Part shown: in pieces, positions 1 through 11,097 of the stretch
How positions within the stretch are numbered: position 1 is the stretch's first letter
Layout: each line of letters begins with the position of its first letter
Assembly (NCBI GenBank): GCA_964252035.1
Contig: OZ176203.1
Length of the DNA: 64,000 nucleotides
DNA from: Podarcis erhardii
Taxonomy: Eukaryota
Direction: 5' to 3' (one strand)
Made by a program: the position numbers and the translations under genes
Notes under the pieces: generated by a model
What the model was told of the DNA's origin: nothing
The model's database searches: none
The model's input: only the letters and a program-made list of their open reading frames with translations

Positions 1-23
1 CATATGAAAAACATCCAACAGAC

Positions 24-161
24 CAGGAATGGGGAACCTGTGGCCCTCCAGATGTTGCGGGACTACAACTCCCATCATTCCCGATCATTGGACATGCTGG
101 CAGGGGCTGATGGGTGTCAGAGTTCAACAACAGCTGGAGGGCCAAAATTTCCCCATCCCAG
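24..161. mobile_element. hAT/Charlie-type palindromic MITE
   Basis: Ends CAGGAATGGGGAACCTGTGGCCCTCCAGATGTTG...CAACAGCTGGAGGGCCAAAATTTCCCCATCCCAG are inverted repeats. Related copies at ~31202, ~41442 and ~58200. Confidence 0.75.
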
Positions 162-1799
162 TTATAGACTCAAACAGGTGCTTCAGTTGTTTGAAGAATC
201 TGTTTTTCATGGCTCGGGCTAATACTTCCTGGCTAGTCACCTTCCTTCTACTTGCCATTTATCTTTTAATTGCCAAACGCTGAACTCATTAAGTCCAACA
301 CCTTGTCCCTGTGCAGAAACATTCTAGTAAGAATACTTAGGATCCATCAATGTTCAATTAGTTCCACATGTTTACGTTTTGGCAGGTGAAATATCACCCA
401 ACAAATGTCTGGAGGCTTGGCTATCACCACCCCACCCCACCCCATAATGAAAATCAGCTCAACCTCCAGTTGTAGAACAGTCACAGGTTCCAACAGGAAA
501 TAAGAAAAATTATCAGTACATTGTGCACAGACCGGAGCATTACCTTGCAACACTTTTTACAGAACTAACCTCACAGAGTAGGAATTAGTGGCCTGGAATC
601 TTCCTCTCACCCCCTGTGTTTTTACAGCTGGGCCTTGTTACATGTAATACTACTATATCCCTTAAACTGTATGAAACAAGCCAGTTGAACAAACATAAAC
701 AGATGCAATTGTGAAGTAATTTTTCCTTTAAAAAAAAGAGAGAGATCAATATTCTACACCCTTTTGGCAAATATGTATACTAGCCATACTTTCAAAGAGA
801 AATGCCTTTTCATAGTAAAGGAATCTGTGAGGTAGCTGTCCAGCACTTTGCAACAAATTATTTCGAACCCCCATTTGGAATGAATCTCAACACATTCCAG
901 GAACCCCATAAACAAAGACAACATGTGCAATGTTAACTTTCTCTTTTATGCTGACAGCTTTTCTTCTCCTACCCTCGGCATAATGACCTTCCTGCACAGT
1001 GTGTGTTGCCATAAAAAGAAACAGAGCCCTGTAAAATTAGAGGAACTGTTTAATATCAAACTGTTTTATCTAAGGAAGACACCAACTCCAAGGTAAACAC
1101 CAAAGAAAAGGTACATGAATTAGAAGTATTTGTTTTTGCTGCTGATTCTTTGACTTTACATTGTTCAAATAAACCCGGCCAGGCTTTAGTTATACCTTAC
1201 AGAGAATGTAAGAATGTTAGCCCAGAAAACATTTGACAGTATAAGGTTGGAACTGCAAGACACTTTTTGATCTTCTCCATGTTACAAAAAGGGGGAAAGC
1301 ACTTCAGTACTTTTGCACAAGAACTGCAATGAGACATTAAGACAAAGCCTGAGCAGCATTGTAAACCAAAACAGAAAATGGTAGAACATAGATTATCACC
1401 AGGCAGATGGCAAAATTAATTGTGCCAGAAGAAAGGGCTGCATTTTATTAAAGGGGGGATGTGACTCAGGATTCTAACTTACATTCAGTTGACTATAATA
1501 ATCTATCAGAATGAGATTGATGACACAACTGAATGTTATTGCTGTTGTCACAGGCTTGTATTAAAATGGAAATCCCCTTAGCTTACTATTTGCATCAAAA
1601 TGTTTATTGAAAGAAAAGCCTTATTTAAGTTAATGAAAACAGAAACGTTATTAATTCATAGCTTGACTAATGTTGCAATGAAAGGTGGGTTAGAAATCCC
1701 ATCTTCTGTATCAAATGCAGCAGCTTCCACCATAACAGCAGGTATATAACACTGTTTCAAGAAGTTAACAAACACCCACTAACTAAACACACTACAAAA

Positions 1800-4441
1800 C
1801 ACAACTGGTACTCACCTGAAGGGTAGATTTCTCTTGCACTTATTGGGTTGGCCTGTATGGTTCCACCTGGTGAATGAAGGCAAAAGTAGGCTTTTGGGAC
1901 ACAGCCGTCTCCCCACTCAGTTTTGTGGACTTGCCAAGCTCAAACAGTCCACAGAGTCTCAACACAATATGTAAGGAAAAAACCAACAATACAACCGACT
2001 GAAGCATTGCAGTCCAAATTAGAGTGAGGCCCCAATGACCCTATGATGGCAAGAGAAATCCACCCTGCAGGTGAGTACCATAGGGTCACTGAATTGGGAC
2101 ATCCCAACTGCAACTGTCAGAGGTAACACAGGAGAACCTATTGAATGACCCTCCAGCCAAATGCTGCAACAAAATATGAGAAGGCATATTATAGGAGTTA
2201 GGCGATGCTCGTGTGGCCAACAGCTGACCTCTAATATTGTTTTGAGGATCCAGAGGTCTGTCGCCATCCCCTGCCAGGTGCTGAGAAAGGACTGAAGCCC
2301 ACCCCCACTTTCTGGTGTCATTGGTTCGGCTATGGAGCATTTGTTGCCCTGCTGCTGTTGTGTGTGTTGGGAGAGATAACGAGGTTTGTTCCATATTTGT
2401 TTGGGTGGTAGTTGTGGTACCTGCCTTGAGGGCCACAGTTCTGAAATGACTGGTTCTGTTGGTCTAATCTGCAGCAACACTTCTTTTCACAGTGTGTGAC
2501 TAGGACCTCTTGATTCAAGTAAGAGATTCCCTGGTGTCAGGGAACTGACATCGGAGCGAGAGGTGGAGGCAAGGCTCTCAAGCAATGCAGGAGAGGGGCC
2601 CAGCAGAGGGGAAGGAAATCAGCGCAACACCAGTAGAGAAGGGAGGGAGATGGAGGATCCGGAGAGGGGTCTCCAAGACTCTTCGCCCGAAACTAGTGGG
2701 GAGAGCACGGGCACACCTCTGCCCACTCCTTCCCTGCGCAGAAGATTTCCGCGCAGGGAGAGTAGGAGGAGACTTGGCGTCAAACAGCTTCTTTGCTGGA
2801 AGAGGCTCAAGAAATGCCCACTGACGGATTCTGCCAGCGACTGAACGGCCACGGAGTGAAGGGCTGTCAGCCGAGACAAGGTTAACCAGGCAATCTAGCC
2901 AGCAGCAACGGTAACTTACGCACAAGCAACCCCTTATAACCATTACACCTGGTAAAGACAGAAGCTGTTCATGCTGCACAGATGGCAAGGGCAAATGTCT
3001 CATGTACTCATCGCACAGTGAAATCCTGGTGCCTTTCTATGGTGTTGTTTAGCTAGCCATCCCCATCCTTAGGCAGGAGAGATCTCAAAACTGGTATAGA
3101 AACGGGTGTCCTTCAAAAGATTCAGAAATGCTGCATCCAGGGTGTAGTATTTATTAACCAGGGCTAGCAGTTTCTTATATTGCATAGGGTTGGTTCATTC
3201 AGCCTGGAGTTGGTATGAATTTGCTGGAGGTCTGCGGTTCTGGGAGCACCGCTGCCCCCTTAAATGGTGCTGGAGCGGTTTCTGATGGGGCAGTATTCAC
3301 CGTTAGGGAGACTACAGAGCAAGACAGCAATGGCAAAAAGTGGTCATCCAGGAGGAGTTGATGAGATGGTTGCTGCTCTGCCACAGATCCATGGCTCCAT
3401 TCCCCTACATCCAGTTCAGGAATGGAAAAGGGGTCAGTCCCTGGTGAAGGTAAGGCCTGAGAGCTGCCCAGGTCCCCAGGATCAATGATAGCCAATATGA
3501 AAGGATTAAGAGAGCATAGTTTCTTCTGGCTATGTGAAGTAGGCCTATGTGGCCTACTGCACCTGTTGTATTCCATCCTGCTGGGAATCAGGCTGCTTCT
3601 AAGGAAATGGAGCCCAGGAAGGCCTCCTGTCTCAGGATGTCCTCTGTTAGTTGGAAGTCCCCCAGGGCAGGCATCATCGCAAAGGGTATGGAGCACTGGT
3701 GGATGAGACAAAGTGGGAGGGGAGCCCCCATAAATTCTTCAGAAGATACTGAAGAATGAAGACTACAGAGATGTGAGAGGCAGGGTCCTCACCCCACTCC
3801 CAAATCTGATCAGTTGTGAGGAGAGGTGCACTTGAGTCCCTGGGCTAGGCTTGCTACGCAGGAGAAGGGGCAGTGCAAATGTGGGTATGTGGAGTGACCT
3901 GCTTCAGGCGCTTTCTCTTCCACAGGGCCTTTCAAGCTACCAAGGGGCACATGGGAGGACAGGCCTTATCGAAGGCCACAAGCCAGGGGCTCAATTAGTC
4001 ACAGAAGCGCTCAGACACAGTCCATATGATCACAGGTGGGCTGCGTCAATTCAAGCACCTCCTTCCTGAAGTGTCAATAGGGAGAGGGAAAGGAGAAGGA
4101 AAGAGGGAAGACTTTTAAAAGTTTGTATGTTTGAAGGTTTTTTTAAAGACTGAGTTAAGGAAGGGGAATAGAAAAGTCAGAAGGATCTGTGAAGGGTGGG
4201 AAAGGGTTAGAGGAAGGCGACCGCTAAAGAGGGAAGTGAGAGAGGGTAAAGAACAGAGTATAAAGGAAATTTTAACAAGCCCCAAACAAAGAAAAGTGGG
4301 TGCTTGTGTGACTGCTTCGTGGGAGGCAGAAGCAAAACTGAGTAGAGAGACACCTATGTCCCAAAAGTCTACTTCTGCCCTCATCCACCAGGTGGAACCA
4401 TAAAACCCAACCTGGTAACCATATGATGGCAATAGGAAATT
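1800..4441 (-). mobile_element. Degenerate, internally deleted DIRS1-like (tyrosine-recombinase class) retrotransposon with both ITRs and ICR
   Basis: ITR cores 1856-1925 and 4333-4402 are inverted (61/70 identical). ICR 2049-2080 is complementary to the right end 1806-1837 (30/32). Minus-strand gag remnant SLLPKDGDG*LNNTIERHQDFTVR*VHETFALAICAA*TASVFTR, and pol N-terminus GGGLQSFLSTWQGMATDLWILKTI typical of vertebrate DIRS. Confidence 0.85.
2535..2947. mobile_element. Solo LTR (413 bp) nested in the DIRS gag
   Basis: Starts TGTCAGG and ends CATTACA. Perfect 5-bp TSD CCTGG at 2530-2534 and 2948-2952. Removing it restores the DIRS gag frame (TASVFTR|ESLT). Confidence 0.85.
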
Positions 4442-4754
4442 TCTGGGAAGACTTAAAGGTGTTCAAAACCTTCACTACTTGCTCCACAGAAAACTAATCT
4501 ATTAAGAACATGGGGAAATCACAGGCCCAGGACAAAGGCATTAAGGGTACTTAATTTCAGCCCCAAAAGATGTGTCTTCATCATTTCTCTAGTTCAGTCA
4601 CTGGTCATCTTATTTTGTGGCAGAGGATAGTCAGACATGGTGACACTTCTATTATTCGTTCACATGCCAGAAGTTCCAGATATTAATGCTGCAGACTTAG
4701 TAATTAATTAAATTATTAATTAGATTTATATCCTGCTCTTCCTCTCAAAGGAGC

Positions 4755-4895
4755 CAAGGGTAGCTGCATGCATGGGTCATGCATGTGACTCTTAATCTCA
4801 GGGTTGTGGCTTTGAGTCCCATGCTGGGTGAAAGATTCCTACATTGCAGGGGTTGGATAACCCCTGTGGTCCCTTCCAACTCTACAAATCTGTGA
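4755..4895 (+). mobile_element. SINE with tRNA-Lys(CTT)-derived head and CR1-derived tail
   Basis: GCATGTGACTCTTAATCTCAGGGTTGTGGCTTTGAGTCCCATGCTGGGTG resembles tRNA-Lys-CTT. It is followed by ATTCCTACATTGCAGGGGTTGGA...GGTCCCTTCCAACTCTAC, the same tail as the CR1 at 28320-28390. Confidence 0.75.
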
Positions 4896-6342
4896 AGGCC
4901 TTTGACTTTCTGAGTGGGCTACAGAGAGGGCGAGGAAGTATTTTTCAAGCAGTCACACAATGCTGTAAAAATCATCTATGTTCTCTGTAACTCTAGCAAC
5001 AGAGCTTCTAGCTCCAGCATCTATGGGAACTAAACGACAGCTTTGTGATGTCGGTAGGATTGGATTGAATCGCTTAGCTGAGTTTCTCTGAGTTGGCTAG
5101 AAACCCGAGAGAAGGGAACAAGCGTGATTATGCACAGCTGAGCAAGCACAGTGCTGAGAGCTCTAACTCTGTGATATGCTGCTCACCGCTGGTGTTCTGC
5201 AGTAAAAATGTTTACCATCTGTGTCAGTCCTGAGCTGCTATGCAGCCCTTAACTCACTATAAAATAAGAAGTTGGGGGGGGGTAGGGAAGAGGACCACTT
5301 CTAAACCAAAAATTGCTTGAAATTCAGAATTTTATACACATCACAAGAGAAAATCTCCACACCTCGCCAAACAAAACCAGTTCTGAGCTAACCCTTCCAA
5401 GTTTAATACTTCATAAATGAGAACAGAGTGTGCATGCACAGATTCACAAATATTTTGCTCCAGAGCCCTTAAAAAAAATCAAGGAGCAATAAGAGCAATT
5501 AAAGAAAGGGGGAAATGCCCTTAGCTTACTAATGAGTCCATTCTACTGTATTTAAAGCTACAGAAATTAACATACTGGTTCAATTTCCATACAAGTGTAA
5601 AATCAGGTATTTAACACTGCTGATCAACTCCTGCAGTTTTGTTGGAGTTGAAAGGTGTCGTTCTTGCGCAGCGTACAATACATTCTACCCCCCTAGGTAA
5701 TTGGCTATAGAAAAGCTCTGAAACTGCAACACTAATTGTGTGACATCAGAAAATTAGTCCAGGAACCATGCCATACAGCTTTTCTATGTTTTCCTGGTTT
5801 CACGCCAACTCAAAACAAACAATACATTGGCTTTCCCACTACCTGTTTGCTCAGCTAACAAGGCTATGAGATCTGCCAAGCTAAACAGCAGCTCGGTGAT
5901 CCGGTGTAAAAGTCCATCAAACCAAATTGTAGGAAATGGCACACCATTACATAGTTCAAATCTGCAGTGAGAAGCATGTGTAGCTTTTATTATAGAAGAC
6001 CCTCCTTAAAAAGCACCTGTACAATTTCTGATACACTGAGTTAAACTATCCATCAACCGTGCATGGCTGCCACCAACCCTGCTAGTTTTGTGGTGCCTAT
6101 GAGCCTACAATAACTCTGAAGGTGTCCAGCACTGGGCAATCTGCACATTACACAGTGGGTGCTCAGCTTTCCATTCTGTGGGTCTCAACTATGCAGGCCA
6201 GCACTACAACCTACGGTCTCCCTCTAACTCCCTCACTTCGCCTACATGCATAGAAAGGAACTTGAGTGTGATCCTTCCCTTTACGGGGTAATTTGGCTGA
6301 TGAACACAGAGGTTAACAATTACAACTCAGTAGAACACATGA

Positions 6343-6667
6343 GGGATGCGGGTGGCACTGTGGGTTAAACCACAGAGACTAGGACTTGCCAATCAGAAGG
6401 TCGGTGGTTCGAATCCCCGCAATGGGATGAGCTCCCGTTACTCGGTCCCTGATCCTGCCAACCTAGCAGTTCAAAAGCACGTCAAAGTGCAAGTAGATAA
6501 ATAGGTACTGCTCCGGCGGAAAGGTAAGCGGCGTTTCCGTGCGCTGCTCTGGTTCTGGCCACATGACCCGAAAGCTGTACGCTGGCTCTCTCGGCCAATA
6601 AAGCGAGATGAGTGCCGCAACCCCAGAGTCGGTCACGACTGGACCTAATGGTCAGGGGTCCTTTACT
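6343..6667 (+). mobile_element. Sauria SINE (Squam1 type)
   Basis: GGGATGCGGGTGGCACTGTGGGTTAAACC head and GGTCAGGGGTCCTTTAC tail. TSD TAGAACACATGA at 6331 and 6668. Confidence 0.92.
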
Positions 6668-7880
6668 TAGAACACATGAGGACAAATACTACAGAGGGGG
6701 GTCATGTGTGCTGGCTGCACCCCATTTCCCCACCTGACCTTCACTCTTCTGCTGCTTTCAATTGTACCTGATCCTCCAATCTTCGAAGATTCAATTATTA
6801 GAAAACTGCAGTAAGCAAAACAAACAATTCCTGCATTGTTTTGCAGCAGTATCTCAGTGATAAAAGGGTCTTGAAGCAAATGCTGATCACTTAAACTATA
6901 TTCCATAACAAACTTGCATTGCAAAGGAGGAACATTAAACTTTAGGGGATGCATTCCAGTACCCCATCCTGCTAGTGGAAGCCAACCCGAGGATTCCCTT
7001 TGGCACAATGGGAATTCCGTCCACATGTGCTCCTCACAGTTCCCCCTATTCAGTCTGGATGGTTGAGGAAACTCCCAGAAGAGATTTAGGGGGTGTAGAG
7101 AAGAGAGGAGATGGTTCCAGCCTGCAACAAAAATCCTTGTGCTGATGGAACTGTAGCCTTAGTGCTATGTTGAATACAAGCCAAGGTCTTTTGTAATCAG
7201 TTTGTTATTAGTGTTCCTTAAGAGTAAAAAGCATTTACTCTAGATGCGGATAAATATTATCTAGTCATGTTCCTGTGGAAATCTCAAGTTGCCAATACTA
7301 AGTTCCTTTGAATTCTCTCATTACGTTTTCTTCAAGACTTATGACACACTTGCTCTTCTTGTATTACTCAGCACTTGCTGTAGTGAACTAGAATCTAGGT
7401 AATGGGTTGGAAATATTAATCCCAAAATAAACTTGGCACTTCGATCCTGTTCACCCACACTGGTGAAAACAGTAGCTTTTGCCACTGAATCTACTGAGGC
7501 ATTCTAACCTGGCAGGCAAGACACAAATATACACAGTTCCATGCTTCTTGTGACGGTGAAGGACTGCATTAGCTTTATTAGCTCCAAAAGGCACATACTT
7601 CTCCTTCCTACACTTCACAGCCGACAACAGGTACACTCATAGACACCCACAGAGCCTCACAATAAGCATCACTGACTGTCGTCTTCCTCCCCATTCCTGG
7701 ACCCCAGCCAGAAAGGCTGGGTAAATATCTCTGGCAGGATAATGAATAGTGAGGAGAGAGGATGAAAGTTGAAAAAGCAGAGGTTATAGGGAAGACACTA
7801 TATGACAACTAGTACACTCCCCCCCCCCAACAGTGTGACAATGAAGAAATTGCAGCAACCAATTGCAATGCATATGCAAT

Positions 7881-8207
7881 GGGACACAGGTGTTACTGTG
7901 GGTTAAACCACAGAGCCTAGGACTTGCCGATCGGAAGGTTGGCGGTTCGAATCCCCGTGACGGGGTGAGCTCCCGTTGCTCTCTCCTAGCTCCTGCCAAC
8001 CTAGCAGTTCAAAAGCACGTCAAACTGCAAGTAGATAAATACGTACCGCTCCGGCGGGAAGGTAAACGGTGTTTCCGTGTGCTGCTCTGGTTCGCCAGAA
8101 GTGGCTTAGTCAAGCTGTACGCTGGCTCCCTCGGCCAATAAAGCAAGATGAGCGCCCCAACCCCAGAGTCGGTCACAACTGGACCTAATGGTCAGGGGTC
8201 CCTTTAT
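7881..8207 (+). mobile_element. Sauria SINE
   Basis: Same head and tail as the other five copies, with a small internal deletion. TSD is degenerate. Confidence 0.9.
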
Positions 8208-8984
8208 AATGCAGTGCATATGTCAAAGTGCATATGCTGTCACTGCAAATGAAACTCACCAGTGGGCACACACTTGCTCTCATAGAGAACGCACTTAGTT
8301 TTCTCAAAAGACAGACAGTTGTAGGGATTGAAAGAATACTTATAGTGCGGGTTGTGGATGTTGCCACCAGTCTTGCTTCATTCAGAAGCACAGCTTATGA
8401 GGAAGAGTGGTAAGTCCACTCTAGAGAAAACTCCAGAAGTCTTGACTGCCAATTGTACTCAGACTACAAGTACATGGACTGCACCTGAGGGAACAATGTG
8501 TGTTGTTGATAAGGTAGGACTCCTCTACCTTATTCCATGGACAAAAGGAAGGAACATACAAAAACATGCTCGGTCAGCATGGAACCTACGTTAAGTGGCA
8601 CTATGGTAACGTCACAAGGAAAAGCTGGGAGATACCTGAAAAACAACAGTTACACTGAGATCTATGCTGAAGAAGTTGCTGCTGTACTCATTAAGCAAAT
8701 AGCATCACAATTAGCAGAAAGTGGACATGTGACAATCACTGCTAATGCTACAGGCACACAGACCCTACTTTTACATCATGGAAAAGGGAACCTAGTGAAG
8801 CAGTCAGCAGCACAGGATGGAAAAATAAATGACACTAGTGGTATTCAAAATGCAGCAGGGTTGCAAAATTCTCCCCTTTGCTCATGCTTCAAGTGATTGC
8901 AATAAAATTAGCCCCACTTTTGGAAAGATTAAAATGTTAATATGCCATCTCCTTCTGAGAAACAATAATAGGTGACTTTGGGAA

Positions 8985-9275
8985 CCGACCTTCTGGTGGT
9001 TCCCTCATTACGAGAAGCAAAGCTACAGGGAACCAGGCAGAGGGCCTTCTCGGTAGTGGCACCCGCCTTGTGGAACGCCCTCCCATCAGATGTCAAAGCG
9101 ATAAATAACTACCTGACATTCAGAAGACATCTTAAGGCAGCCCTGTTCAGGGAAGTTTTTAATCTGTGATATTTTAGTGTATTTCTGGTTTTTATGGAAG
9201 CCGCCCAGAGTGGCTGGGGAGGCCCAGCCAGATGGGCGGGGTACAAATAATAAATTATTATTATTTTTATTATTA
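8985..9275 (+). mobile_element. L2 LINE 3' end
   Basis: ORF2 C-terminus LLVVPSLREAKLQGTRQRAFSVVAPALWNALPSDVK..FRRHLKAALF, then 3' UTR and an (ATT)n tail. A sister copy lies at 43431-43779. Confidence 0.85.
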
Positions 9276-10231
9276 TTGGTAAAAATAACACTTCACTGAA
9301 AAGCAACTGACAGAAGTTGGGTGTAAAATACTACCATCCGTAAATAAAGGGAATGAAAACAATCTAGACCTTGATAGTCCAAGATATGAAACGTATGAGA
9401 AAAATCTCTGCTGCAAAAAAAGGAGCTTGAGCTTCCATGTCTACCTCTAGAAGTCAAGGCAGCAAATTACTGTTTGTGGGGGACACATTCCCAAGGTGTG
9501 AGGTGGAGAACATTTGGAGATAGTAAACTAGGTCCAAAGAGATGATGATGGGCAACTACTGCTCGTAACTACAAAGAAACATCTTGCACCAAAAAAGTTG
9601 CCGGAAACAATTTGTTGCCCCTGCAAAATCATAGGTTTTAGTGTGAATGAACCATGTTCTAAATGATGACATAGCGGATTTACAATCTTGCATGCTCAAT
9701 GGTTTTTGCAAGCACAGCAGTGTAAGTGCATGAACAAATATACCAGCAGTTCTTGGGGGGCGGGGGAGAGAAAAATTAGTAGTACCAGTGTATATGTACA
9801 TGACTCTACACTGGTTTAATTTCAAATGATTTTTTCTTAGTAAGCTGTTGGGATTTCTATTTAGGGCCATTATGGTTTTCACAAATGCTCAGTATCCGAA
9901 AATGCACATGGATGTTGGTAAACTTTGAATAGTCAACACACAAGGAAGTCCAGAGAAAAATAAAATTAGAATAAAACTTCTGCAGTAAGGTAACAGGAAA
10001 GGCAATTATAGACTTTTCTCTGTTATACTACTACACTGAACACAGTGGAACCTACTTCTGAGTAAGCATGTATAAGATTGTGTTGTTAGGCTAATGCAAA
10101 TATTAAAGAGTAGACTTTTTTGTAAGCTAATGACATAGTAAAGTGACAGTAACAATGTTCTTTTTTAATAGTCACACAGAGAACCTGTGTGCACAGAGAC
10201 TAATTAAAAAAGGGGGGTCACAAAAGGGGGG

Positions 10232-11097
10232 GGTGGCTCCCCAAAACAACACAGACTGTGGAAACCTCACACTGGACTTCAAGCATCTGGCACTGTGTGG
10301 CTCCCCATTCTTCCTCCAGACTCTGGGTTCTTGATTTCCAAATGAGATGTAAAAGCTGCTCTCATCAGAAAAGAGATTTGGGGAGCTATGTCATCAGCTG
10401 GTGTTGGTCCACTGTGCTTCATTAAGTCCAGGGTCAACACAGCTGTCTACCAGGAGATTTTGGAGCACTTCATGCTTCCTTCTGCAGATGAGCTTTATGG
10501 GGATGTTGACTTCATTTTCCAGCAGGACTTTGGCACCTGCCCACACTGCCAAAAGTACCAAAACCTGGTTCAATGCCCATGGGATTACTGTGCTTGATTG
10601 GCCAGCAAACTCGCCTGACCTGAACCCCATTGAGAATCTATGGGGCATTACCAAGAGAAAGATGAAAGACACAAGACCGAGCAATGTAGAAGAGCTGAAG
10701 GCTGATATTGAAGCATCCTGGTCTTCCATAACAGCTCAGCAGTGCCAGAGGCTGATAGCATCCATGCCATGCCACATTGAGGCAGTAATTGAAGCAAAAG
10801 GGGCCCAAACCAAGCACTGAGTACATATGCATGCTTCTATTTCTCAGAGGTCCAATATTGCTCTATTTGCAGTCCTTGTTGTGCTGATTTCATTTAATAT
10901 TCTAATTTTCTGATATTGTTAATTTGGGGTTTTCATCAGCTGTACGTCATGATCATCACAATTACAACAAATAAAGGCTTGACATATCTCACTTTACATG
11001 TCATGAGTCTCTCTCATTTATTAGTTTCACCTTTTAAGTTGAACTACTGAAATAAATGAACTTTTCCACGATATTCTAATTTTCTGAGTTTCACCTG
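10232..11097 (+). mobile_element. Tc1 (DD34E) transposon remnant: 3' half, right TIR, one frameshift, first catalytic D segment inverted
   Basis: Plus strand: WGAMSSAGVGPLCFIKSRVNTAVYQEILEHFMLP..FQQD (+1 T at ~10529) LAPAHTAK..WPANSPDLNPIENLW, with 34 residues between D and E. Minus strand 10232-10375: LFSDESSFYISFGNQEPRVWRK..SSVRFPQSVLFWGA. TIR ends TTTCACCTG followed by TA at 11098-11099. Confidence 0.92.

Noticed and set aside
8352-8896. Overlapping plus ORFs; WTAPEGTMCVVDKVGLLYLIPW is faintly reminiscent of retroviral env
   Set aside because: No other env hallmarks and no LTRs nearby. The similarity is too weak without a profile search.
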